Assembly: GCA_030264375.1 (NCBI GenBank) | Contig: JASCQW010000043.1 | Coordinates: 73,880,680 to 73,944,679 of the forward strand | Reading direction: 5' to 3' | DNA length: 64,000 nucleotides | Origin: Carcharhinus longimanus | Lineage: Eukaryota | Shown here: positions 24,620 through 38,664 of the stretch, piece after piece | How positions within the stretch are numbered: the stretch's first letter is position 1 | Layout: every line of letters begins with the position of its first letter | The notes under the pieces: generated by a model | The model's input: only the letters and a program-made list of their open reading frames with translations | Told to the model about the DNA's origin: nothing | Databases searched by the model: none | Position numbers and translations under genes: made by a program

Positions 24620-25220
24620 TGGAATGCATAATTATGCTTCACTTGTACAGAAGCTTGGTCAGATCCTCTTTGGATGACTGAGTTCAGATTTAAATGTTGA
24701 AACCCAGAGGATATATTGACTTTGAAAGGGATACTGCACATGTTCACTAGGATGCTGCCTGGGATGGAACATTCAAGTTATGAAGTGAGGTTGGGTCGGC
24801 TTGGGTCATTTTCATTGGAGCTGAGAAGACTGAGGGGCGACCTGATGGAGGTGTACAAGATTATGGGGACATGGACAGAGTGGATAAGGAGCAGCTGTTC
24901 CCGTTGGTTGAAGGGTCAGTCACGAGGGAACATAGGTTTATTTTGAGAGGCAGGAGGTTTAGGGGGGATATGAGGAAATGCTCCTATCCCAGAAGGTAGT
25001 GATGGTCTGGAAAGTGCATACTGGAAGGGTGGTAGAGGCAGTTTGCTTCACATCCTTTAAAACATACCAGGATGAGCACTTGGCACATCCTAAGATTCAG
25101 GGCTATGGGCCAAGTGCTGGCAGATGAGATTAGGTGAGAGGTCAAGTGTTTTTCAGATGTCGGCGCACACTCAATGGGCCGAAGGGCCTCTTGTACACAG
25201 TATGGTTTTATGATTCTGTA
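24620..25220 (+). mobile_element. CR1 (HER1-like) LINE 3' end
   Basis: FTRMLPGMEHSSYEVRLGRLGSFSLELRRLRGDLMEVYKIM; tail ending atgattct. Confidence 0.85.
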
Positions 25221-27636
25221 ACAGGGTTTAAAACTTTAAGTTTTAGGGACAGGTTGTACAAACTTGGCTTATGTTCCTCTCAGTTCAGATAGATGAGTGG
25301 TGATCTGAAATACTTGGAAGTCCAAATAGGATAGAAACAGTGAAACTACCTCTTTTGGTGAGGGAATCCCTAACAGTGAAGGAAATCAGGAAGCACTTTT
25401 TTCCTCTCAAAGGGTAATGAAAATGTGGAAAAGGCTTTGAAAAGGCTGTGGCTGTTGAGTCAATTAACAGGTTCAAGATTGCACATGATGCGGTTTTGTT
25501 TTTGGTAAGAAGGATGGAGCAAAGACAGATAAATGTAGTTGTGATGTCACGCAGTCATAATCTAATTGAATGAGAGAGCAAATAGACTTGAAGAGTAAAA
25601 TGTATGTACCAATAACAGCTGGCACAAAACCATGAGTAACGATAGTCAATTACAGGGGCCTCAACCTTTTAATATTTGCTAAGTGGGCATATAAGATATA
25701 ATCAAATGTTTTATGATCAAACATCCAGGAATACTGGATGGCACCCCTGTATTGCATCAGCTGGTGTATCTGGAGATTTCATATTAATGGTATTTCTGTT
25801 TTAAATCGTATTTAATTTTTTACTTTTTTAAAAAAAAAGTAACCCATGTATGAGCAAATCAAAAGGCTGTTGTGGCTTGGACAGTCCTTGTAAAACATGA
25901 GAACCCCACTTGTCCCAGTTCTTTTGAAAGGTATATTTTGTAGATTGTCAGAATGTTTTTATTTCGGTTATCGATCAAATTGTGGTAATTAGGCTGATGC
26001 CATTAGAAAACTGATGGAGAAATAGCACAGGTGTGAGAATATAATGAGCTGATTGAGTAATGGGAACTATTGTATGTGTTTCCAGTTAGATTACTGGAAA
26101 ATAAAAGACATGTGTTATAAGACTAATATGTATGTAAAAGGATATTGTGCAAATTTGTTTGTGTGTTCTGACCTGCAGCCAAATCACCTAAATCAATATG
26201 GAACTGTTGCTCTGGAAATGTTTGTTTTTCCACTAGTCACATGGTGCATCCTGCCATTGAGTATCTAGGAAGTACAAGTGAGAGCGTGTTACCACTTCTA
26301 CTGTACAAGCTGCTTCTATTGTATTAGCTGCTGCTTCACGCTGCACAAGCTGCTGAGGGAAGGAATAAAGAAGTGGTCAATTTACCCAAGAACTAAAATC
26401 ATTTAGTAATCATACTGTACTATCTGTACAGTTCTAAAGTTTAATGCTATTTTTGTCGAAGAGTAAATTATTAAAAGTAGAAGAAATTCGCTCAAACCAT
26501 GGTTATAAAACACAATCAGTAATCTGCTGTGGATTTTGAATTTAAAGAAACAAGCTTGTAATTTGGGAGAAAATACATCCTCATTTTAGCCTGTTTAATT
26601 TGAAATGTGCAGGAAACTATACATCTGAATGTATTAACAATCTAAATGCTCCGCATGAGTAATTTCGCTGCTGCTGCTGCAGACCCTTATCCTTTTATCA
26701 AAGGTTTCAATGTGTATATTGCATTTTTGCCAAAATTACATGTATTCTGTCAAAAAATCCAAAGTCAAATTCAGTCAAAACAGATTTAAAGAAAAAGATG
26801 TGCAAAATGCTGAAGAACTGAAGCAAATTACACCAAAATGGAAGTGCATATGGTACATATCAACCTTGATTAATTGAATGGCAGAGCAGGTTTGAGTGGC
26901 TGAATGGCCACTGGGTGTTACCAAGTCCCTGTTTGGTTAACAAAGATCTAAAGGAGAAGAATGCGTTTGTCAGGTTGTAACCTTTCAACAAGTTGTGCGA
27001 TACTGTGCTATATGTTGCAGAAAGAGGTATTGTCGTGTATAGTACTGAGTCTTGCTCTACTTGGGAGGTCCAGATTTAACCTGTGTCGACTGAGTGTTTC
27101 AGTCAGAGCAGAGATAGCACACAATTTGGCTTAGCGGTTTTGATCAATGGAGGGGGTGACTCTTTCTGTTGCCCAATGAACCATGCTGAAGTGCATTATG
27201 TGGATGCAAGATGAGGACTGAATTGGGCAACACTGCCACTATCCCTCCCATAGAGCAGTACAATGGCGATACTGTCTGACTCTTGTGTGTAAAGATAGTG
27301 GATTGAGTGAAGTGACGGAAAGCTGCTGCTGCCATTGCGAGAATCATACCCAGAAACTGTTATGTTTAATGCAGGAAAAAAAATCAGTGCATTCTTTACA
27401 TGTGCTGATCAGCCAGATGGATTTGTGATGGTAGCACATAACTACTGAGAGCTGTTTAAAAAAAGTATCTTGCAAAAAGCAGGCAGTTTTTTTTTGAAGT
27501 AGTGTTAGTCAGTTAAGAACTGATAAACAATTTATTTAACCTTTCTGTTCATATTTGAATAAACTGTTAACTTGAAATGAATTAATATTATGTTGAATAT
27601 CAAGCTTTCATGATGCATTTTCTAATACCATTCTAA

Positions 27637-27867
<231 letters not shown>

Positions 27868-28854
27868 TAATCAACTTGGTTATTTATAGTTTTGAATACT
27901 CGCTCTTCACTGGTTGTAGACTGCTATGTTTTATTTTCTTTGCCGTACATGTATTTTGTGGGACTGCTGTGCGGTTTTACCACTGTGTTTGCAGGACGAT
28001 TATATTCTTCAGTGGAGTTGATGGCACTGGCAAATGCTGAGAACAACCTACTGATTGGGGATCAGCATAGTTTAGCTGAAAGTTAAAACCTTAGGTTCAA
28101 GAGGGTGAGGCTGGTAACAATGCCCCCATCTCTTTGCAGCTAATAGTGAGAGTTGTGCTGGTTTTGTGCAGGAAAGAAATGGACTCTGTCCTCCCAGCCT
28201 GCTGCCTGGAATGCAGGGATATGACCAAAGCCCTACCAACATTAACCATTCAAGTTTTGGCGGACGTTGTTAATCATCTGTGTGATCAAGTGTGCTCGGT
28301 TTATTACAGTGAGCATGCTCTTCTGCATTCTGCCATAGAATTTAGTTGTCAGGTTGTACATGCATATTTCTGTGCATTCTGCCTGTTATATGATGTGTCC
28401 TCCTTTACACTTTGTTATATTGTACTTGACATGGAGGCAATCATGAACACCGAAAATTTCTGTCCAGACTTAGTCTCCTGTAGCTTGTTAAAACCCCAAG
28501 ATGAAATGCCATAGTAGTTGATGAGCTCCATGCCATTGTTTAAAACCATTCCTTTGCATAGAGTTGGAGAAGGAAAAAGACTAGCTGCAGATGGAAAATA
28601 GCAGTGGTGGAGCCATACTTGGCTTTCATGCTCTTAAGCTAGCAAGGGAATGAAAATCAGTGAATGAGAATGGGAAGTTTCCATGATTGGCCTGCTGTAC
28701 TTCACTGTCTGAACTCACCCATGGATGACAGCCAGTGATCAAGATACTGTTTGAGTTGTTTAGCATCAATCCCACAAAGCAGGTAAGAGATGGTACATTT
28801 TGGTAAGACGAATAAGGAGGCCAGATACTCAATAGCAAATAATTTCTAAATTAA

Positions 28855-30095
28855 GTAGAGGAGCAAAGGAATCTGGGGTACAGATCCACACTTCACCAAA
28901 AGTAATGACACAGGTTCATAAGACTATTTTTTAAAAAAACTAATCACTTGGGTTCATTTATAGTGGGATAGAATAATAAGGCAGAAAAGTTATGTTAAAC
29001 TTGTACAGAACCGTATAAGACTCCATTTGGAATACTATGAACAATTCTGGTCATCTTATAATGAAAAATAATACAAAGACTGTGGTAGAGAAGATGATGA
29101 TGTGGGTATGCCGGCGTTGGACTGGCATAAACACAGTAAAAAGTCTGACAACACCAGGTTTTAGTCCAACCTNNNNNNNNNNNNNNNNNNNNNNNNNNNN
29201 NNNNNNNNNNNNNNNNNNNNNNNNNNNNNNNNNNNNNNNNNNNNNNNNNNNNNNNNNNNNNNNNNNNNNNNNACCCCGAAAGCTTGTGAGTCTATTATCA
29301 AATAAATCGGTTGGACTAAAACCTGGTGTTGTCAGACTTTTTACTGTAGAGAAGATGAAACAGGAGATTTGGGGTGGCATGGTGGCGTAGTGGTTAGCAT
29401 TGCTGCCTCACAGAACCAAGGACCCGGATTCAAATCCAGCCTTGGGTCACTGTCTGTGTGGAGCTTGCACATTTTCTGTCTGTGTGGGTTTCCTCCCACA
29501 GTCCAAAGATGCGCAGGTTAGGTTGATTGGCCATTCTGAGTTGCCCCTTAGTGTCAGGTGGACTTGCAGAGTAAATATGTGGAGCTACAGGGATAGGAGC
29601 TGGATGGGATTGTTGTCAGTGTAGACTCGATGTGCTGAATGGCCTCCTTCTGCACTGTAGGGATTTTGCGATTTACCAAAATGATACCAGAAATGAATGG
29701 TTATGACTATTAGAAAAAATGGAACAGGCTGGGACTGTTTACTCCAGGAACAAGACTGAGGAGAGGTCTTCAAGATGAAAAGACTTGATGGAATAAATGT
29801 ATAGAAGACCTTGGGAGACCAGAATCAGGATCAGAAATATTAGGTCCTCACTAATTAATCTGATGGGGGGGCTTCAGGAGAATTTTATATCCAGAGAATG
29901 GTTTGAGTGTGAAACTTGAAATAGGAGTAGGGAGATGACTATCATGAGATGTATTCCAGGGAAAACTCAGTAAACATATGAAAAAGTGTAGAATAGAAGG
30001 ATGCGTTGATTGGTTTAGTAATGAGAGGACTTGTATGGAGCATTAATACATGGATCTGTTGGCCTGAATAGCCTCTTTCTATGCTGTAAAAACTA
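28855..30095 (+). mobile_element. Decayed CR1 LINE hosting a Penelope fold-back (29098-29345) and a V-SINE with tail A (29371-29666)
   Basis: CR1 RT C-terminal motifs continue on both sides of the two insertions. Confidence 0.7.
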
Positions 30096-30474
30096 TGTTC
30101 AAATTCTTCATTTGGGAAGGGCCATTGTTTCATAATTTCCCCCCCAAGTTAATTTTAAAAATGAATTTTCTTACAGAAGCACAATGTTTCCAAGGGTTTT
30201 TTTAAAAAGTAATTTTGTATTTGATGTAATATTTATCTTAAATTTCTATAATTTTGTGAGTTTAGGGTTGGAGAGTGGGCCTAGGTGGGACACTCCTTCG
30301 ATGAGTTAGTGCATGCTTGATGGACCGAATGGCCACCTTCTGCACTGTAGAGATTCTATGGACCTGGCTTTGAAAGATTTGTGAGGACAGCTCTATCAAA
30401 AGGGCAATTGCATTAATCTCAGGGTTGGGAGGGAAGAGAGGGAGAGGCAAGGAACACAAATGCACTTATCAACT

Positions 30475-30733
30475 AAAGTTTGTTTATTAATCACAAGTAA
30501 GGTTTACTTTAACACTGCAATGAAGTTACTGTGAAATTCCCCTAGTTGCCACCCTCTGGTGCCTGTTCGGGTCAATGCATCTAACCACTATGTCTTTCAG
30601 AATGTGGGAGAAAACCCACACAGACATGGGGAGAATGTGCAGAGCCTGCATGGGCAGTGATCCAAGCTGGGAATTGAACCCGAGTCCCTGGCGTTGTGAG
30701 GCAGCAGTGCTAAACACTGTACCACTGTGCTGC
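30475..30733 (-). mobile_element. V-SINE, tail B
   Basis: Matches the other tail-B copies. Confidence 0.85.
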
Positions 30734-30896
30734 TCCATTTGATAAGAATTCTGCTGATTGTAGAATAGTCCCACCTTGCCAGCTAAAAGAGAAAAATGAG
30801 AAATGGCAGTCGTGAGACTCGATATAGAATGAAAAAGAAATCCTGTTGACCATAACGTGCAATGTTTTAGATCTTGAGGTTTCTTTTATTTTTAAG

Positions 30897-30945
30897 CTCC
30901 TGAGATCGTGAACTACGAACCCCTTGGTCTCGAGGCTGATATGTG
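30897..30945 (+). CDS. DAPK1: DAPK1 exon 6 equivalent: (A)PEIVNYEPLGLEADM(W)
   Basis: tttaag acceptor, gtgagt donor, 49 nt; APE motif. Confidence 0.96.
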
Positions 30946-31039
30946 GTGAGTGCAGAGAAACTATGTCAGCAGAGCTTTTGGATGTGGTTTTTAAACAATT
31001 TGCAGAAATGTATAAGCATTGTTGTTTCATGTGTTTCAG

Positions 31040-31066
31040 GAGCATTGGTGTCATAACCTACATTCT
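31040..31066 (+). CDS. DAPK1: DAPK1 exon 7 equivalent, 27-nt micro-exon: (W)SIGVITYI(L)
   Basis: tttcag acceptor, gtaagt donor; completes DMWSIGVITYIL. Confidence 0.95.
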
Positions 31067-31495
31067 GTAAGTATTACATTTTTAAACAGATATTCCTTTT
31101 CTTGCAGTTGTCAGTGTATTGTCATGAGGAAAGTACCTGGCAAAAACCACTGTGCTGCATTCAAAACTCTGACACAGCGCCATAACTGGAGATGAGATAA
31201 TGTCAGCACCTTGAAGTATCTGAAATTGCCCTAACATCACACTTCAGGAATATTTTTTGAAAATGTGTATATAATTCTTTGGAATTCTCTAAAGACCCAC
31301 TCCAGATTTGTGACTGAGTTATGGATTTTTTTCCTATGTAGTTGGTTAAAGGGCTAAATAAACAGAAGTTCCCAAGTATAATTAAATTTTGTGGTAACTG
31401 TAATTCCTTTTAAAACAGTAGGTGCTGCAGATCTGCAGTCCAGTAGTGCAATGGGCGATTCAGCATTGCTTCCAATTAAATTATAGGCTGAGTTG

Positions 31496-31811
31496 ATAGA
31501 ATCCCTACAGTGCAGAAGGAGGCTGTTCAGCCCATCGAGCCTGCACCAACCACAATTCCACCCAAGCCCCATGCCCATAACCCCACATATTTACCTGCTA
31601 ACCCCCCTGACAGGAGGGTCAATTTATCATGGCCAATCAACCTAACCCAGCACACCTTTAGACTGTGGGAAGAAACTGGAGTACCCGGAGGAAACCCACG
31701 CAGACACAGGGAGAACGTGCAAACTGCACACTGACAGTGACCCGGGCTGGGAATCGAACCTGGGTCCCTGGTGCTGTGAGGCAGCAGTGCTAACCACTGT
31801 GCACTGTGCTG
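31496..31811 (-). mobile_element. V-SINE, tail A
   Basis: atagaatccctacagtgcagaaggagg...gctaaccactgtgc. Confidence 0.88.
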
Positions 31812-33362
31812 TCTTTTTTCATAAGCTACAGCTTTCACTATTATTTAAGGGAGGAAAGTGTGGAGAGAAGCAAGAGCATAATGGAAAGACTGTGTGATCT
31901 TGTAAAGTGTGAAGCCTATATGAATTGCAGCAGCAGAGGCCTGAAAACAGTTCCCTGCCAACACTTCTTGGATGTCTGTGTGCTAGTGACTTAGAGCAAT
32001 GAAATTAATGGAATTTTTAAAATTGGATGACTGATCATAGTCTGCAGTACATAACATGAGTTTGTATTGCACCTTTTTAATGTAAAAATTTCACACTGTG
32101 CAGGGCGGAGGTTCAGAACAGAATTGAGTCACTCAGTAAGATTTAGGAGAAAAGTTACCGAAAGTGAGGCCAGAGATGAATTTTGAATATGAAGACAGGG
32201 TGAGAAATTCCAGAAAATAACATCACAGTTGTTGAAGGCCATGCTGCTGGAAACATGGGGGAAACGACAAAGACCGAGTAGCCCAAATTCTCAGAAGAAA
32301 GGAGGTTGTGAGCTGGGGCAGGAAACTGGTATCGCAAGAATATGGCTGGAATTTGAGCTTGGCACAAAAGTTTTGAAGTCCTTGCATTGAAGACAGTTTA
32401 TAAATGAATCAAGTAATGAATGTTTTCACAGCTTGACTGCATTAATTCTTTGTGTCCCATGTAAAAACAATTTATTTTATGCAGAAGGTTAAAACTGCTT
32501 TCTCGGGTAACTAAACAAAAGTATAAAATATATTGTGCCATACTTCTCCTTTTGCATGATCAACTGGTTAACGCTGTGAATAACTGAGCTGTACAGATTA
32601 AGGAGGTCCCAGATTCAGTTCTCTGGTTGTTTTAATCTTGGCCAGGTGATCTCGAGAATGTTGCTGTTGGTCACAATGCTGTGAATTAGTAAAGGAAATT
32701 CTTCCCTGGATTAGTGAAGGAAACTCAGCCCTGCTTCTGGAGGCTGATTATTTACTCAGCGATCCTTGCTGGAAACTACCCAAGGGTGACCATCTGGTCA
32801 GCTGTGGTGCTTCCCACATTTCGGCAGTCAGCCAGTGTTTGCTGTCTAGACTCACAGATGAAGAATTACCACTTGGGCAAGATACCAGGAACCCCCAGTG
32901 TTGTGAACTGTACTCCAGTAAGGAATGAGAAATCGGTACCTCCAGGAAGGAGGACAACAGCTGGGAAAAAAAGGATAAACAAATCTTCTTGGCTGATCAA
33001 TACTGTGAAATATTTTTCTGTCCTGTTGGAGTGTTTCTATAATGTAAAAGAAAAAGTTTAGCTGGCAATGTTGCCATTTCTAAGCAGATTTGCATGATAG
33101 AACTGTTTATTTCTGATTTGGGCTAATTCAAATGAATATACAAGAGCTGATATTTTGATTTGAAGTGAATGCTGCTTTGGGGACAGCATAAATATGAAGC
33201 AAAATATACAACACTACTGCAATATAGATTACGCCATGTTTTTGAACGACTAAGCGAGATGCGAGAACTAGATCTTGTGGAATTGGTCTCGTGAAGAGCC
33301 TTTTACAGGAAATGTCAACAATTGGTTTCATGATAAAATAAATGTTCTCTTTATCAGTGGAA

Positions 33363-33669
33363 GGCACGGTGGCACAGTGGTTACACTGCTGTCTCACAGC
33401 GCCAGGGTTTGATTCCCAGCTCAGGTCACTGTGTGGAGTTTGCACATTCTCCCTGTGTCTGCGTGGGTTTCCTGCGGGGGCTCCGGTTTCCTCCCACAAT
33501 CCGAGGACGTGCAGGGTTAGGTGGATTGGTCATGATAAATTGCCCCTTAGTCTCAGGGGGACTCACTGGGGTAAATGCGTGGGGTTTTGGGAATAGGATT
33601 TGGGTGAGATTGTGGTCAATGCAGACTCGATGGGCCAAATGGCTTCCTTCTGCACTGTAGGATTCTATG
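33363..33669 (+). mobile_element. V-SINE, tail A
   Basis: ggcacggtggcacagtgg head through ctgcactgtaggattctatg. Confidence 0.88.
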
Positions 33670-33914
33670 CAACATTGACAGTTATATTTCTTGTGCTAAA
33701 CATGTAGGATTTCTTCTTGGGATACAGAGTTAAACTTGTGTCCCTCAGAAACAAAGCCTCTACATAAATAGCAAAATGGTGCAGATGATTTCCTGTCCTG
33801 TGGAGTTGGGCTCAAACCTTTACAGTGATGGCTGACAAGAAAAGCAATTCTCCCATTTAGTTTACTCTTGAGTGTGTTTTATCTACAGCATTTATCACCT
33901 AATACATATTCTAA

Positions 33915-34094
<180 letters not shown>

Positions 34095-34460
34095 TAGGCC
34101 TTCCATGTATCTTTTTAAAATGTTATTTTATTGTATTTTAACTGTAGATGCATTCTGAGTTTTAAAAATTATATTAACATTGAAGATGCTAATTGCTTAG
34201 CTGTGTGATGTGTTAAGATCGAGGCCTGAAACTCCAAGGTGATTTGTGAAGTTAGCTGAGACCCTGTGTTTTATGTTTGATTTGGGCATTGGTGAGCATA
34301 AGCTGTTCCACTCCGGGTATGATTCAAATGACCCACTAAGAAGCTTTTATCAAACAAAGTTTATTTAAGAACACAGTTGGAATATAACAAAAAGAATCAG
34401 CATAACTTTTAACAATTACAAGACTTAAACATGACACAGTATAACTCTTACCAGTTAAAT

Positions 34461-34542
34461 GAGAGGTCACACAATACCGGGTAATAGTCGAACAGGTTTA
34501 TTTGAAATCACAAGCCTTCGGAGCAGTGCTCCTTCATCAGGT
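34461..34542 (-). mobile_element. Penelope-like terminal fragment (family 1) with a hammerhead-like core
   Basis: Reverse complement acCTGATGAaGGAGCactGCTCCGAAGgcttgtg. Confidence 0.7.
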
Positions 34543-35801
34543 TAATAGCTAGTTATCTCGGTTGTTCCAATGTAAAACAATATCCTACAGATATACACCC
34601 TTCTTCAGACTTGGTTAGCGCAAACACAAGTATGTTCATGTGATGCTAGGTTTTCAGCTTTTTAACCCTTTAGCAATTTTCAGAGAAGGATATATTATCC
34701 GAACAACAAAAGCTCAGTGTTGCACAAGACAGTGAAATTATCCTTCTCAATTTTTATTGATTTTCTTTGCAAATTTCATGTAATAAATGAATGATATTGA
34801 CTTGAACTCCTTTGGGGAGCCTGACATTGAATCAAAGAAAATGAGAGGTTACAATTGGACAGGGTAAAATTCTTTTGCTTGGTAATTTTGACAAAATAAA
34901 GTCCTATCAATCACTTTGTAATTTGGTTTTGTGGTTGGCATCACTGAATAAGGAACTGTTCTTTCCCCCATGTATAAATTGTAGCATATTTTAGAGCAAC
35001 CATTTTGATGAAAATCCTGGAATTTGCCTCACTCTTATATTCACATACCAGAAGCCCTGTATGTGCGTTNNNNNNNNNNNNNNNNNNNNNNNNNNNNNNN
35101 NNNNNNNNNNNNNNNNNNNNNNNNNNNNNNNNNNNNNNNNNNNNNNNNNNNNNNNNNNNNNNNNNNNNNAGAAGCCCTGTATGTGCGTTTAAACTTGCAG
35201 TATTTAGAATAAGTACAGTGCACTGTGATTTTATAATACAAAACTTCACATAACCTTCATGTATATGTTTATTTTGCTGAACTGAAAACTGAGCTCAACT
35301 TAGTCAAAGGCTGCACTGATTCACTTACCTGCATTCTCAAAATGGCTTAACTAGAACCTCTGGAGATTCCACAGCCAGATTGCACAATGTTAGAAATGAG
35401 CTGTTGCATTCAGACCAATGCCCTACCAAGTTATAGATTTACAATAATGGCAATTCATATTTTCAACCACTCCACCCTCAGAAAGAAAGAAAAAAGAAAC
35501 TAAAGATGGATGAAGAGAAAAAAGCATCCAATAGTTGCTATATTTAACCACCATTGTGTGAAGAACAATTTTATCCTGTTGACTTAAGTCCAATTTTCAG
35601 ATCATGTTTATACACCACACGATGCTTAATGCTACATTTGAAATGATCTTACATAATCTTGTAAAATAAACTAAAGGACCCTCAAGACAGCCTGAAAACA
35701 GCAGATTGAGATGCTTGTGTAGGTAGTAGGGATTTGTTTTCTATTTGATTGCTGCAGTGTTTTTAATTGTATATTTTACTTTTGTAATGTGTCTTTAATA
35801 G

Positions 35802-35847
35802 GAAAAGAATGACAATTCAAGATAGTTTACAGCATCCATGGATCAAG
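35802..35847 (+). CDS. DAPK1: DAPK1 exon 9 equivalent: KRMTIQDSLQHPWIK
   Basis: aatag acceptor, gtgtgc donor, 46 nt; end of kinase domain (HPWI). Confidence 0.95.
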
Positions 35848-36933
35848 GTGTGCTTGTCTATGTTTATCAAAGACTTCAGTATAAAAATATAAATGTGGAA
35901 AAGTGCATACACTTCAGACGCCTTTGTTTGAATCAATTGGGTCATCTAAATTTAAAGAAATCCTTGACCTCATTCATTTGTCTGTTTTCTACACAAAACA
36001 AGTCTCGTGAACCACTATTTTAATCTGAAATCATTTTTCCCCTGGATTAGGAATAAACCTTTAGCCCATGTTTATCCAGTCACAATATTGCATTCGGGCA
36101 CATTCATGTAAGAAATCTGGGGGTGGAATTTTCCAGCCCTTCCTGTTGGCAACATCTTCCAGTTCCCCTGTAGCGGAGGGTAAAAGCCATGCAAAAGATC
36201 CCATCACTGGCCAATGGCAGGCTGCCTCGCTCCGAAAAACACGGCGCAGGAGGGCCCACCCGGGGAAGCTAATTAGTTGAGTGCAATGATATATTTCTAA
36301 TCAAGGACCTTTCAATATCTTATTCCCTCGATTTAAAAACTTTTTTTTGAGACTTTGCAATGTGAGGTGCATCTGAGTGTCAGCCAGTTGTTTAATTGCA
36401 TTAAAAACCATGCCTTCTCAAGTATTAATCGAATGGTGTCTGTTTAATGTCTCGATAAGATAACCTAAAATTAAATCACATTATTAACATAAACTTTAAG
36501 TGCATATTCAGATAATTTGTGAAGAGATGATATGATTCAGCCAGGCTCTGGGGTTAAAAAATAAAATCAGATATTATTTTGGTAGTCCTGCTGATCAAGA
36601 AAACATGGCACTCGTTGGCTGGAACCTGAACTAAATGTGTGCTTAGACTCCAGCTCTTATCAGGGGATGGGTTTTCCTAGTCCCGGCTTCATGAGCTACA
36701 GAAAGGAAGAAGGGAATCTTGTGTGGATCCTGCAATGTCAGCAGAGGAATGGCATTGGTATTTGTACCACTGTCCACACCTTTGCTGTTCCAACTGGCCA
36801 GAAATGGTTCCAGTGCCTATCCAGATGTATGTCAATGCTGTGCCGAAATTACAGTATAACACGTATGTGTGTTTATTTTTGACTCACAAAAGCCAGGATG
36901 TCTTTAGTAACATTTGTTTTTGTGACATTTCAG

Positions 36934-37023
36934 CCAAAGGACAGTCAGCAGGCTCTCAGCAGAAAAGCGTCTGCCGTAAATATGGAAAAGTTCAAAAAGT
37001 TTGCAGCCCGCAGAAAATGGAAG
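36934..37023 (+). CDS. DAPK1: DAPK1 exon 10 equivalent: PKDSQQALSRKASAVNMEKFKKFAARRKWK (autoregulatory/CaM-binding segment)
   Basis: tttcag acceptor, gtatga donor, 90 nt, phase 0-0. Confidence 0.96.
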
Positions 37024-37323
37024 GTATGAGGATTTGTAACAGCATTCAATATTGACTTGCTTAACTTCATTAGGTCACTTTAGCATCCGTTAAAGGTTTG
37101 TGGGCTTCAGAATTCAACATTAATTGACAGATGAATCTGTGTCCAGTCAGTGGGTCCATTATTGTACAATTAGAAAGGGAAACGATTTTGAGTAAAGGAA
37201 GATATTTTAAATGTGTCCATTTTGCTGGCGCAGGAGGAGAAGTTATTTTAGAAGCTGAAATTTATACAATAAAGAACGAGACAATATTAAACACTTATTT
37301 TTGTAAGCGAAACTTAATAACTT

Positions 37324-37648
37324 GGGTGGCACAGTGGTTAGCATTACTGCCTCATAGCTTCAGTGACCTGGGTTCGATTCCTGGCTTGGGTCATTGTTTA
37401 GGTAATGTTTGCACATTCTCCCCATGTCTCTGTGGGTTTCCTCTGGGTGCTCCGGTTTCCACCCAGGCTCCAAAAGTATGCAGGTTAGGTTGATTGGCCA
37501 TGCTAAAGTGTTCCGGGATGCATAGGTTAGGGGGATTAATGGCATAAATACGAGGGGTTATGGGGATAGGGCCTGGATGGGATTATTGTCAATGCAGAGT
37601 CTATGGGCCAAATAGCCTCCTCCTGCACTGTAGGGTTTCTATGATTCT
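37324..37648 (+). mobile_element. V-SINE, tail A
   Basis: Full-length match to the other copies. Confidence 0.88.
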
Positions 37649-38521
37649 AACCCCTTTCAGATCCCTGGCATATCCTAAAGTACTTCATTGACAGTGAAGA
37701 TATTTTGAAGTATGGTCAATTCTGTAATATTTTTCCTTTGAGGATTGAGGTTTGAAGAGATTTAACTTCAAAAAGGCTGTGTGATACTTTAATAGAAGTA
37801 TTTAACATTGAGGGGCCTAAGGAATGTGGATTAGGATAGCTTTTTCTGGCGTCTGTTAAATTCAGAATCAAGAGGTCATCAATTCAAGTTAAGAATGGCA
37901 AAATAAAATGATGTATTCAAGTAAACAGATATTGAATAAGTTATTAAACAGTTGGAGTGAGTGTCAGTAAGGTGCAAGACCGGAAACTATGGTGGACTTT
38001 AACTGAAGAGTAGATAAGCCCTGGTCAACAAATATGGTTCACTTTTAAAGTGTGAAAATGCATCAAAGAATTCTTGTATGAAGTTTGATCCATCTTGTCA
38101 ACCCATGAACTTCTGCTTGAGAATTGTCATGTTTTACTTTCACTGAGGGACAATTTTATTGCTGGAGATTGGATACTGTTTATCAGTTAAGAGCTTTGAT
38201 CAACATGGGTCAAGTATTAGTCAAGCTTCCTTAAGTCTTCCCCTCACAATCTACTTTTGAGTCCAACTTCAGACAGTTCTGCTGCATCCTGCCGACAATC
38301 ATTGAATTTCTGACTGCGTTAACAATGTAATGCATGCACTTGCTCAATAACACTTCAACTGGGGGCTGTACTCACTTAGATATTGGTATGTGTTGTTAAC
38401 ATATAACCCACAATGGTACCGATAAGGTTTTTTTGGTCATCCAGTCAATCTAAGCGAATTAAAAACTCATGTCTCAAAAGTAGAAAGACATTATTAATCA
38501 ACTACATCACCTGTTTAGCTT

Positions 38522-38664
38522 CAAGATAAAAGCAAATTACTGTGGATGTTGGGATCTGAAACAAAAACAGAAAACGCTGGAAAATCTCAGCAGATCTGAC
38601 AACATCCGGTCCCCACAGATGCTGTCAGACCTGCTGAGATTTTCCAGCATTTTCTGTTGTTGTG
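38522..38664. mobile_element. Penelope-like fold-back element (family 2)
   Basis: Inverted arms aacagaaaacgctggaaaatctcagcagatctgaca / tgtcagacctgctgagattttccagcattttctgtt; 13-bp flanking repeat. Confidence 0.75.

Noticed and set aside
28134-28514. 126-aa ORF
   Set aside because: Non-ATG start, no domain or splice evidence, intron-like composition
30710-31054. 114-aa antisense ORF over exons 6-7
   Set aside because: Shadow frame with no recognisable motif or splice support
33363-33430. tRNA-like sequences at SINE heads
   Set aside because: SINE Pol III heads, not functional tRNA genes
35050-35189. 20-bp direct repeat (agaagccctgtatgtgcgtt) on either side of 100 Ns
   Set aside because: Contig-overlap artefact across a placeholder gap, not a biological duplication
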